This document shows, piece by piece, positions 19,669 through 28,669 of a stretch of DNA of 64,000 nucleotides; positions within the stretch are counted from its first letter, which is position 1, and each line of letters begins with the position of its first letter. The stretch comes from Planctomycetota bacterium (GTDB lineage: Bacteria; Planctomycetota; GCA-002687715; CAIWVZ01). The position numbers were made by a program, and so were the translations under genes. The notes below the pieces were generated by a model that was not told the DNA's origin, searched no databases, and saw only the letters and a list, made by a program, of their open reading frames with translations. The stretch spans positions 768,001 through 832,000 of the forward strand of contig JBGANV010000001.1 in the NCBI GenBank assembly GCA_044222185.1, read 5' to 3'.

Positions 19669-19692
19669 GCGCGCAACCACCCTTGAACTCTC

Positions 19693-20007
19693 GCCCTCGT
19701 CGACGACCATCAGATTCACCGCCGACGGCGCGCCAGCGCGATCTCGAAGTAGCGACTTGTCGACCACGAGAATCTTCGTGACGTTGACGAGGGAGGGGGT
19801 GGGGAGCCCTTTGTCGTCGTTGCCGACCCTCACGTTGCCCGGTATCGACTCCCACTTCAGTGGTGAGGTGAGACAGGCACCAACGACGGCTGCGAGGTCG
19901 CTGTGATTGAAGAGGTCATCTGCACGATGAGGCAGGGCGCGACTTCGCTGACTCGGACGCAGCCCGCGTCGCCGGCAAGTCGGGCCACCCGCCTCGCCGC
20001 CTTTCAT
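19693..20007 (-). pseudogene. Frameshifted PemK/MazF family toxin relic
   Basis: Across frames: MKGGE.., WPDLPATRAASESAKSRP, LIVQ, DDLFNHSDLAAVVGACLTSPLKWESIPGNV...GLPTPSLVNVTKILVVDKSLLRDRAG...VVDEG. This matches the PemK consensus (RP.LVVQ.D.FN, LTS, GNV, GL...S.VNV.Q..TVDK); at least two frameshifts; 3' end truncated. Confidence 0.8.
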
Positions 20008-20095
20008 CAGACTTCCCGGGCGCGATGTGGCGTGCAGCCCATCGACGTCGCGATCGAGGCGCGAATCACTCCCCAAGTCGTAAGTTGGGAGCAGC
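20008..20095 (-). pseudogene. Possible C-terminal relic of the antitoxin upstream of the mazF relic
   Basis: GSDSRLDRDVDGLHATS directly precedes the toxin ATG and resembles the 'DSRLD...Q..SL' tails seen on antitoxins in front of such PemK genes. Confidence 0.35.
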
Positions 20096-20152
20096 CGATT
20101 TGTGCCCGGCGTCGCGTTGAAACCGCGTCACGGGCGCGAGCGCACGAAGATG

Positions 20153-20181
20153 TTGCAGAATGGTGCAGAGTGGTGTACGTT
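20153..20181 (+). promoter_or_regulatory. Putative promoter with overlapping tandem 10-bp operator repeats
   Basis: TTGCAG-N17-TACGTT ending 6 nt before ATG 20188; contains TGCAGAATGG (20154-20163) and TGCAGAGTGG (20164-20173). Confidence 0.6.
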
Positions 20182-20187
20182 GGTTCA

Positions 20188-20445
20188 ATGTCGCAAAACG
20201 AGAAGCCGGTCCGGCAGAGCGTGAGTCTTCCCCTGAAGACCGCACGGCGGGTTCGGAGCCTTGCGAAGGCATGCCGCAAGAGTGCGAATCGAGTGCTCGT
20301 AGATCTCGTGGAGGCCGGCCTCGAGGCGAAGGAAGCCGAGAAGAAGAGATTCCATGAGATCGCGGACCGCTTGGTTCGATCGAAAGATCCTCGGGAGCAG
20401 GAGCAGTTGAAGTCGGAACTTGCCCGGCTCACGTTCGGTGACTGA
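20188..20445 (+). CDS. Ribbon-helix-helix (CopG-like) protein, putative antitoxin
   Basis: VRQSVSLP beta strand with alternating pattern, followed by two helices (ARRVRSLAK; SANRVLVDLVEAGL); 85 aa; stop overlaps the next ATG (TGATG). Confidence 0.8.
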   Translation: MSQNEKPVRQSVSLPLKTARRVRSLAKACRKSANRVLVDLVEAGLEAKEAEKKRFHEIADRLVRSKDPREQEQLKSELARLTFGD

Positions 20446-20687
20446 TGCCGAAGATCCAATGGACGGATCTTCCCGCGGCTCTCCGCGACCACCTGTTCGA
20501 GCGTGTTCGTCAGCGCAAAGTCTCGGCGGAGGACCTCTACGCATTGAAGCTGTGGAGGGAGACCGGCCCCGACGCACCTGACGGTCCTTGGTTCAAGGAC
20601 TTTGGATCGTTCAAGCTGTGCGGCGAGGGGAAGTACCCCAAGACGTTCCTCCTCCGTGATCAAGCGGCGAAGGGCCGCGCGCTTTGA
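20445..20687 (+). CDS. Small hypothetical protein, putative toxin
   Basis: 80 aa, translationally coupled to the RHH gene; DHLFERVRQRKVSAEDL and WFKDFGSFKLCGEG.YPKTFL. Confidence 0.75.
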   Translation: MPKIQWTDLPAALRDHLFERVRQRKVSAEDLYALKLWRETGPDAPDGPWFKDFGSFKLCGEGKYPKTFLLRDQAAKGRAL

Positions 20688-20738
20688 ATCACGAGCACAG
20701 CGTTTCTCGAAGAGAGGCGTACGAACAGTGTTGGCATT

Positions 20739-20945
20739 GGGGAGCTTGACCAGCTGCAACGCTGGCACCACACACGACGCCATCGGTGAACAGCCGGTGA
20801 CGTTGGTCGTTTCGGGGGGCTGCATCTCCGAAACACGGGCGGGGATGTGTGCGCGGCCGTCGCTCGCTGCGCTCTCCGCTCGCATTGTCGCGCTCGGGGT
20901 CTTTGAGGCCACGTCGGGGACTTGCGGTCGGCGCCTTGGGCGCGA
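20739..20945 (+). repeat. Imperfect direct repeat, copy 2 (attR-like)
   Basis: GGGGAGCTTGACCAGCtGCAACGCTGGCACCA... homologous to 18520-18725. Confidence 0.88.
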
Positions 20946-21135
20946 CGTGCGCTGGTCCTCGACGAGTCGCATCGATCACGTTCGAGATCGCAGGGGACTT
21001 CGCGCGTTCTTCGACGGGCTGTCAGGTGATCCAACGATCGGTCATACCTCCAGGGTTGCGGTGACACACCACTGACAGGCAACCCCGCCGGCGCGCATCC
21101 GACGATCATCCTGGCACCAGCGCCCACGGCGCGTG

Positions 21136-22458
21136 TCAGCGGAGCGTCTTGAACGCGGCGCGCAGCTCCTTGGTGAAGAGGCCGGGCTGCTCCCAGGCGG
21201 CGAAATGTCCACCGCGGTCGAGCTTGTTGAAGTACATGAGCTTCGGGTAGGCGCGCTCTGCCCAACTCCGCGGAGCCTCGTAGAGCTCCTCGGGGAATAC
21301 GCTCACTGCGGCTGGCACGGTCACACCCTTGACCGTGAAGAAAGGGACCTTCCGTTCCCAGTAGAGCCGAGCGGAAGAAAGCGCCGTATTCGTCAACCAC
21401 GTGATCGTGATGTTGTCGAGGACGTCATCTCTCGTCAGATCACCGTAAGCGCGCCCTTCGACGAACAGCCGTGCCAAGTGCGCATAGCTCTGCGCATCGT
21501 GGTCCAGCATGTAGGCCGCCAGGCCGATCGGCGAGTCTGCGATCCCGTAGAGCGTCTGGGGCCGCAAGCCCATCTGATAACCGTAGGCGATTCCTTTCGT
21601 GTAGACGAACGACACCTGCTCGCATGCGCGCTTCTCATCGTCACTGAGCCCGGGGGGCGGTGATCCGCCGGTGGCGAGACGCGCATCGATGGCGGGTGGA
21701 AACACGCCTGCCATGTTCGTGTGTATGGCGAGGAGCTCCGGAGGGGCCTGCACGCCCATCATGTCCGTGATGATGGCGCCCCAATCGCCTCCCTGCGCGA
21801 CGAACCGGGAATATCCGAGTCGTTTCATCAGGACGACCCACGCGCGTGCGATGTGGGCTTCGTCCCAGCCCGTAGCCGTCGGCCGACCTGAGAACCCGTA
21901 GCCTGGGATCGACGGGATGACGAGGTGGAACGCGTCGGCGGCGCTCGCGCCGTGCGCCTCGGGATTCGTGAGAGGATCGACGATCTTCATCTGCTCGATG
22001 ATCGATCCCGGCCATCCGTGCGTCACGATCATCGGCAACGCGGTCTCGGACTTCGATCGAACGTGGATGAAGTGGATGTCGAGTCCGTCGATCTCGGTGA
22101 TGAACTGGGGCAACGAATTGAGGCGTGCCTCGACTTTCCGCCAGTCGTAGTCGTTCACCCAGTAGCGGGCGAGAGCCTGCATCGTCGCGAGCTGAACGCC
22201 TTGCGTGTGATCCGTGACCGTTTCCTTCTCAGGCCATCGTGTCGCAGCGATCCGGCGGCGGAGGTCGACGAGTGCTTCCTCGGCGATCGCGACACGAAAC
22301 GGGCGGATTCCGGACTGGTCGGCGACCGCGAATTCCTCAGGTGCAAAAGGGAAACGGCTCATGGGGTTCTCCTTCTCGTGGAGGGGGAGCACGCACGTGG
22401 CGGCGCCGGCGAGGATCGACGCCGCGGCGACGAGAACCAGCGTCGGACTGGATTGCAT
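21136..22458 (-). CDS. Epoxide hydrolase (EHN + alpha/beta hydrolase)
   Basis: IRPFRVAI, YDWR, THGWPGS, PSIPGYGFS, QGGDWG (nucleophile Asp), GGHFAAWEQP. Alternative start at 22362. Confidence 0.93.
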   Translation of the reverse strand: MQSSPTLVLVAAASILAGAATCVLPLHEKENPMSRFPFAPEEFAVADQSGIRPFRVAIAEEALVDLRRRIAATRWPEKETVTDHTQGVQLATMQALARYWVNDYDWRKVEARLNSLPQFITEIDGLDIHFIHVRSKSETALPMIVTHGWPGSIIEQMKIVDPLTNPEAHGASAADAFHLVIPSIPGYGFSGRPTATGWDEAHIARAWVVLMKRLGYSRFVAQGGDWGAIITDMMGVQAPPELLAIHTNMAGVFPPAIDARLATGGSPPPGLSDDEKRACEQVSFVYTKGIAYGYQMGLRPQTLYGIADSPIGLAAYMLDHDAQSYAHLARLFVEGRAYGDLTRDDVLDNITITWLTNTALSSARLYWERKVPFFTVKGVTVPAAVSVFPEELYEAPRSWAERAYPKLMYFNKLDRGGHFAAWEQPGLFTKELRAAFKTLR

Positions 22459-22556
22459 GCGATCTCCTTTCAGTGATGCGTGATGGGGGGAGGGGATGCC
22501 CCCGCATCTCCACTGAGCGTGGAGCACCCCCACGGCGGCGCCGCCGCCCGCGAGCG

Positions 22557-25500
22557 TCAGTCGGGACGGTTCGCGAGCGCAGCGATCACGTCGGCCCAGA
22601 GCGCTTCGAGCGCCAGCCGCTCCGCCGGAGGAAGGGTGGCGAGCTGCGCTGGATCCCGAAGCCCCCTCAGTTCGCCGTCGTTCAGCCACTCGGAGAGCAA
22701 TGCCGATCGATACTGAGGGGATGCTTCCTGACGGATTGCCGACAGCTCGTCACGAAGCCAGCCAAGAGATCTGGCACGCCAGGAGGCCTGTTCCTCGGGA
22801 GTGATCGCCGGGCGGTCCGCCGGACGCCCGATTCCGCAGGCGGCGGCGGCGCAAGCCCCGCGGTATCGAAGCCCCGTGGACAAGTCCCGCGCGAGGGTGG
22901 GATCCTCAGCGAATGCGTCCGCGATCAGTCGTGCACGAGCGAAGGGCATGCCGCGATCCTCGCTCGTCGCGATGAGCGCCAACCGTTCGTCGCGCGTGCT
23001 CGGCCAGTACTCGCCGCGTACGAAAGCATCGAGATGCGGCAGGAGCTTCGATTCGGCCTCCCGTCGGAGAATCCCGCTGATCCAGAGCTCACGACTGCTC
23101 GCCGCCGCATGCCGGTTGTCGGTACGCGCCGCCGCCGCGCCGAGCGCCGCCACGCCAGCGACTCTCTGGTCGAGGTCCGAAAGTGCAAGCGCGAGGATCA
23201 GCTGCCAGAGCGGAGGGCGCGCTCGCACGCCGTCGTCCGCCTCGACCATCTCGAGTGCCGCTTCTGCCTGACCCGTCCGGAGTTTCAACAGCGCCGCCGT
23301 CAGCTTCAAAGCCGGTAGCTAAATGCCGGATCGTTCATCCCTGCGCTCCATGGCGCGTTCGATCGCCGCCGAGGCGAATCGGATCGCCGGATCCGACATG
23401 GGAGAGAGTGCGCAAGCTCGACAGAGCCTCTCGCAGACGATCGGGTCGGAAGTCGACGCGAAGGCATCGAGGAGCCGGGTTCGGGTCGCCTCGTATTCCT
23501 TCGTCGCTCCGATGAAGAGCAGGAACTCGGCGACTCCATCCCATGACGCGTATCGGGTGGGATCGCCTTGGATCATGGCTCGAGCGATCGGCACGGCCCT
23601 CGATCCCTGGTTCGTCCGAAGGAGACCCGTGAGCAACGCTTCCCGCGTCACGTACGACCCACCGTCAAGCCGGGCTGCTGCCTCGAGTTGCTCCGCGGCT
23701 TCGTCTCTGCGGTCGAGTGCGACGAGGGTGTTCCCGAAATCGACGCGGAACTGGACATGACCCGGCTGCGCCCGAACGCCGAACTCGAAATGGGGGAGCG
23801 CCTCCGCGTGTCGCCCCAGGAGCATGAGCGCCATGCCCAGGTTCCCCCGAACCGGCAACGCCTGGCTGTCGAGCCGAAGCGCTTCCTGAAGTGCGTCGAG
23901 CGACTCGCCGTGGCGGTTCAGGTTGCGGAGACACTTGGCGAGGTTGTTGTGTGCCAACGCCACGTCGGGACGAATCGCGATGGCGGCTTGGAAGAACCGG
24001 ATCGCCTCATCGAACTCCCGGTGTCCATAGAGCGCCTCCGCCAGCACGTAGTTTGCCCAGAAGTCCGTGCGGTGCGCGGCCTGCACCCTCCGGAGAAACG
24101 AGGTCGGATCCCGCCCCAGCTCCCGCATGCGGTAGGAGAGCCACAGCAAGTAATCCGTCGGCTGCCCCGGGACGGTCGAATCCGAGATCGCGCGCGCAAG
24201 TGCCGAGCGGTCGTCCCATGCGTTGGGGTCGCGCGATCGATCCCGCCATCCGCCTCCATCCGAGTCCACGATCCGGAGGACCGCGAGGATCCACTCCCGA
24301 CGTCGCGCCGCCAGTGGCTCGCAGAGCATCCAGTCATACATGGCGCCGACCATCGTCGCGGAGATGGTCGATGTCATGATCTTCGCCGCCGATGTTTCTG
24401 GTGCCTCTTCCACCGTCGCGCCACAGGCGTCGCGAAAGAGCGCCGCGTAGTCGCGATCGGTTTGGCTCATCGATTCGCGGCTCCCTGATGCGAGGGCGCG
24501 TGCGATTCGTGCGGCATCGAGGCGCGCCGCCACGTCATCGGCCCGCTGCACGGTGGCAAGCCGCGCCTTCAGATCCGCCGGTCCGTCCCCGCCGAGGTGA
24601 AGTGAGGCGCGGACGAGCGCCGGTCTCGCGCCTCGCCAATCCGAAGCGCGCTGTGACCGCTCGACCTCCTCCAACGCGTTTTCGACGAGCCGTCGCGAAG
24701 CGGCGGCTTCCGCGACCGAGTTCGCCGCTGCAACGACCCCTGCGACGACGACCAGGATCGAGAATGCGAGAGCAGTCGTTACCGTCGGATGCCGCCGCGT
24801 CCATTTGATCGCGCGGACGACGGCAGGTGTCTTTCGTGCGACGATCGCTTCGCCAGCGAGAAAGCGGCGAAGGTCCGCGACCAACTCTCCAGCCGACGCA
24901 TACCTCGCTGACGGGCGCTTCTGCAGACACCGGAGCGCGATCGTCTCGACGTCGCGTGGGACCCGCGGGTTGATGTGCGACGGGGGAATGGGCTCATCGG
25001 AGATCACCTGTCGCTGGATCTCCAGGGGGGAACTCGCACGAAACGGCGGGCGACCGGTGACCGCCTCGTAGAGAAGGGCGCCGAGCGCGTAGACGTCGAC
25101 CCGCGGACCGAAGGCGTCCGGCGAGCCCAGCGCCTGCTCCGGCGCCATGTAGCTCGGAGTCCCGAGCCGCGCTGCGCCCGTCGTCGCCGCACCGTCGCCG
25201 ATGGACCGCGCAAGGCCGAAGTCGCTGACCTTCGGGATCCCATCTGCGGTGATGAGGATGTTGCCGGGCTTGATGTCGCGATGCACGACGCCCTTCTCGT
25301 GGGCCGCCTGGACGGCCGTTGCGATCACGGCGACGAGTTCCGCCGCTTCGCGGGGTGGGCGAGGAACACCTCGGAACTGCTCCGCGAGGCTGCCGCCCTC
25401 GACGAACTCCATGGTGAAGAATGGGTGGCCGTCGGCCTCGCCGGCGTCGAAGACCTCGACGATGTTCCGGTGGCCGAGCCCCGCTGCCGTACGGGCTTCA

Positions 25501-25880
25501 CGCAAGAGGGCCGCGCGTTCTCTTGCGATCGCGGGGTCTCCTCCGATGAGCATCTTGACCGCCACGACCCGGTCGAGCTTCAGGTGCAGTGCCTTGTACA
25601 CGGCGCCCATCCCGCCGTGTCCTATGAGTGACCACACCTCGTACCCTGGGATCCGCGGCAGTTCCCGCTGTCCACCGGCATGCGATGCGTCTCGCTGCGG
25701 CGAGGCGCGTCCAGAGGTCGGGAATATGTGTTCGAGATCGCGAGCCAGGTCTTGGATCCGGAGCCACCGTCGCTGGACCGCGCCGAGTAGCTCGGGATGA
25801 TCCGCGCAGACCTCGCCCGGAGTACGGCCCGAGTTCAGCGCTTCCTCGAGCAGGTCACGGATCGTCGCCTCCTCGTCCAT
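22557..25880 (-). pseudogene. Hanks-type Ser/Thr kinase with TM and TPR region, interrupted by one in-frame TAG at 23319-23321
   Basis: GHGGMGAVY, VAVK, HRDIKPGN, DFGLA, GTPSYMAPEQ, DVYALG and TPRs. ORFs 23319-25880 and 22557-23309 are in the same frame and read ...ERSGI*LPALKLTAALL... Confidence 0.8.
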
Positions 25881-25888
25881 CGGCGCAG

Positions 25889-26542
25889 TCAGCGGCCTTC
25901 AACCGCCGGACGTAGATCCGCGAGCTTCTCCTCGAGCATCACGAGGCCGCGGTTGAGCCGTCGGTGAACGGTGCTCTCGGAAACCCCGAGGACCACCGCA
26001 GTGTCCGCGTAGGTCATTCCCTGAATGCGCAGGAGATCGAAGACCTCGCGTTCGTCGTCGGGCAGCGCGTCGATCGCGTCGAGCATTCGGAGCGTCGTCA
26101 GGCTGACTGCGGATCCGCTCGTCTCGGGCGCGGCGACCTCGCCCTCCTGGAGTTCGACGGTGGCGCTCTGCTCGTCGAGGCGCCGCGCGACGTCGTTCAG
26201 CTCCCAACGCATGTGCCGGTTCGCGAGGCCGAAGAACTGGCGCACGTTTCGAGGACGCACCTCGCGCATTGCGCCGAGCAGGCGCGCCACGACCGCGCTG
26301 AGCAACTCGTCCGACTGCAGGCTCACCGGCGGGCGCGTCAGGCGGCGATATCCCCGAAGCAGGAGCGTGGTGCAGAGGAGATGCAACCGCGCCGCCGATC
26401 GGCCCAGCAACGCGCGGATGACGGGCTCAGCGGGAGCGCCACTTCCGAGCTCGTCGAGATAATGCTGAACGGCAGCGGTGGTGGGCTCCACGCCGTGTTT
26501 GGCGTCGAGCGCGTGTGGGTCCATGCCTTCGCTCGAATCCAT
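25889..26542 (-). CDS. ECF sigma factor of the kinase-associated (ECF-STK) type
   Basis: RQFFGLANRHMRWELND and sigma4 LPDDEREVFDL...GMTYADTAVVLGVSESTVHRRL; stop lies 8 bp upstream of the kinase ATG. Confidence 0.9.
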   Translation of the reverse strand: MDSSEGMDPHALDAKHGVEPTTAAVQHYLDELGSGAPAEPVIRALLGRSAARLHLLCTTLLLRGYRRLTRPPVSLQSDELLSAVVARLLGAMREVRPRNVRQFFGLANRHMRWELNDVARRLDEQSATVELQEGEVAAPETSGSAVSLTTLRMLDAIDALPDDEREVFDLLRIQGMTYADTAVVLGVSESTVHRRLNRGLVMLEEKLADLRPAVEGR

Positions 26543-27387
26543 GGTTGCTTGGTCTCCCGTCGTGGCATTCCCCGTAGCCGTCGCATGATGGAGTTGCCGA
26601 AACTCCAGCGGCGATTCCCGCGCTCGTCGTCAGGGGACGACGTTCCGCGCGCGCAACCCAGATCTTAGGCTGCGAGGGAAGAGGCCGTGCGAGCCTGAGC
26701 ACCTCAGACAACTCGCGGCGAGTCCCCAGGTGTCGATTGTGATCCGGATAGGGGGAGATCCACGCAGGAATGCGCGCGTCCCTTCGAGTTCCGGTTGGTG
26801 GACTGTTCGGTCCAGGTCCGCGGGTGCGAACTCGCATTTCCCAGCAAGCCGGCGACGCCCACGAATGGTCGCGCCGCTCGATCCGCGGACCCCAGGCGGG
26901 CGAGTCGGATCGGTTCCTCCCGGGTGGACGCACGTTGGCCCGCCGTTGCCGGGAATCGTGTCGCCACGACGTGCGGCCCGACGGTGTCTCGGGCGAATCT
27001 CCGTTCCGCCGCGCGACGCGGTCCCATCGACTTCTCGAGACGACCGTCGAGCACTCGAATGGCTGCCCGATCGACCAAGGTCGACTTCCGGAGGAGCGGG
27101 CGGGACGTTCGATCGAAGCCTGCGGTGACCATGCTGCGCCCGGCGGCGAAGCGACGGCATCCGTGCCGACGTCTGATTCGTCCCGGGGTGTCGCGCCCAT
27201 GGATCCGGCGTCGCAGATCCGCGGGGCTTTCTCGCCCTTGCCATGCGGCGTCCGGCCCAAAGTGAAACCGCGTGCGAGCCGCCCCACCTTGACGATCGAT
27301 CGATCGGCTCGACCCGATACTGCGCGCCGTCACGATCGGCATGTGCCGTGCGGGAGCGGATCGGCAGTGTCGCGAGGGGAGAGAGGC

Positions 27388-28134
27388 GTGAATCAGAAGA
27401 AGACAGCAGTCCGGGCCCTCGTCATCGCCGTGCTTTTGACCTCCGTCGGGTGCCACACCCGCTCGATCTCCGACTCTGGTTCCGGGAGCGGCGATATCAA
27501 TTTCCTCTATCGGGGCGAGCTCGCCGAGTTCGATGTGCTTGGTATCGAGAACGCGACGTCCGTCTCGGATCGCGAGATCGCCGGCGCATTGGAGGGTCGA
27601 CGCACGGTCAATCTGCCGCGCGGATGCCGCGTCCTGCTCGTGCAGTCCGGCGCGATGATTCCCGACGAACCGATGCTCACGGCGCTCGGCAGCTCGTATT
27701 CCGTGGGCACGTTCAGTGGAATTCCGCAGGGCGTCGCCTCACGGTCTGGACCAGGATCCGCTCCGGCACCGGATCCCGGGTATGGACGCGGCCTCCGACT
27801 CGCCGCTGCGCGTGGAGGATACGAGAAGGTCGTCGTCTACTGGGGGCAGCTCGAGACCGCACGCGAGGACATGGGAACGAAGGCGATCTCCTGGGTCCCG
27901 ATCGTCGGCTGGATGATTCCGGACGAGGAACAGCGTATGCGGATCCGCCTCAAGGTCGCGCTCGTCGACGTTCGGAGCGGGAATTGGGAGATGTTCCTGC
28001 CGGAGCCGTTCGAGGATGTCTCGTCCAGCGCGCATGTCGACCGCACCGAATCTGACCAGTCTCAAGTGGGTTCGTTGAAGGCCAATGCCTACGCAGCGGC
28101 GGCCGACGCCCTGGTTCGCAGTTTTGGAGGATGA
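27388..28134 (+). CDS. Conserved hypothetical lipoprotein
   Basis: GTG start after GAGAGG, lipobox-like SVGC; motifs TRSIS, GEL.EFDVLG, LLVQSGA, WVPIVGW.IPDE. Confidence 0.8.
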   Translation: MNQKKTAVRALVIAVLLTSVGCHTRSISDSGSGSGDINFLYRGELAEFDVLGIENATSVSDREIAGALEGRRTVNLPRGCRVLLVQSGAMIPDEPMLTALGSSYSVGTFSGIPQGVASRSGPGSAPAPDPGYGRGLRLAAARGGYEKVVVYWGQLETAREDMGTKAISWVPIVGWMIPDEEQRMRIRLKVALVDVRSGNWEMFLPEPFEDVSSSAHVDRTESDQSQVGSLKANAYAAAADALVRSFGG

Positions 28135-28669
28135 CGCATGTAACCGCGCGACGTCGCGCGGGCGGGGTTGCGCCGTCGCTTTCTGGCGACCCCCCCGATC
28201 CGCCAGCTGCGACGCGTGGATGGAGCGGATGGGTCGGCACCGACGTCGCCCGGGAGGTCGTCGTTCGCGCACTCGGGCGGCAATCCGCGCCGTCTCGTCT
28301 CCGGCGGCGCGGTGGGCGCCGGTGCGCCGCGTGCCGTCGTCGACGCACCCTCGGTTCACGCGCCGAACCGGGCGCCTTGCGGGATTCGTACTCTCGACAG
28401 GTCTCGGCAAACGACGCACGGGCTTGCGGACGATGGCGGTCCTCCGTGCCCCCTTCGCGGCGAATGCGATCGAAGGAGGGCTGGAGCTCGTGTGATGGTC
28501 GTTAGAGGCCGCGGCATGACTGAACGTCCGCACTCGTGACTTGCGGGAGTTGACCGTCGGAACTCGGCGCTCCGCCGTCAAACCCGAGCACGGTCACGTC
28601 GCGACGCCGGAGTCCTGGCGGATCACCCGCGACGCATCGCTGGGAGCGGGCTCGGGCCCGGTGGATCCG

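Larger units (their letters stand above)
18520..20945. mobile_element. Degenerate tRNA-Asn-anchored genomic islet (no integrase visible)
   Basis: Bounded by direct repeats that begin with the tRNA 3' end; cargo is an orphan lipoprotein, a TA relic and an intact TA-like pair. Confidence 0.6.

Noticed and set aside
18520-20945. CRISPR or integron array interpretation of the repeats
   Set aside because: Only two long copies and one short pair; no regular spacers, no cas or intI gene, no attC-like structure identified.
20007-20972. 321-aa minus ORF sharing QPPETTN.TGCSPMAS with ORF 18514-18729
   Set aside because: The similarity is just the translated DNA direct repeat; the ORF is antisense to the RHH/toxin pair.
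22557-23309. Independent 250-aa gene
   Set aside because: In frame with the kinase, 9 bp past its TAG, with no RBS; treated as the kinase C-terminus.
28135-28669. Short ORFs in the gaps 28135-28669 and 29171-29657
   Set aside because: No motif, RBS or convincing composition in any frame.
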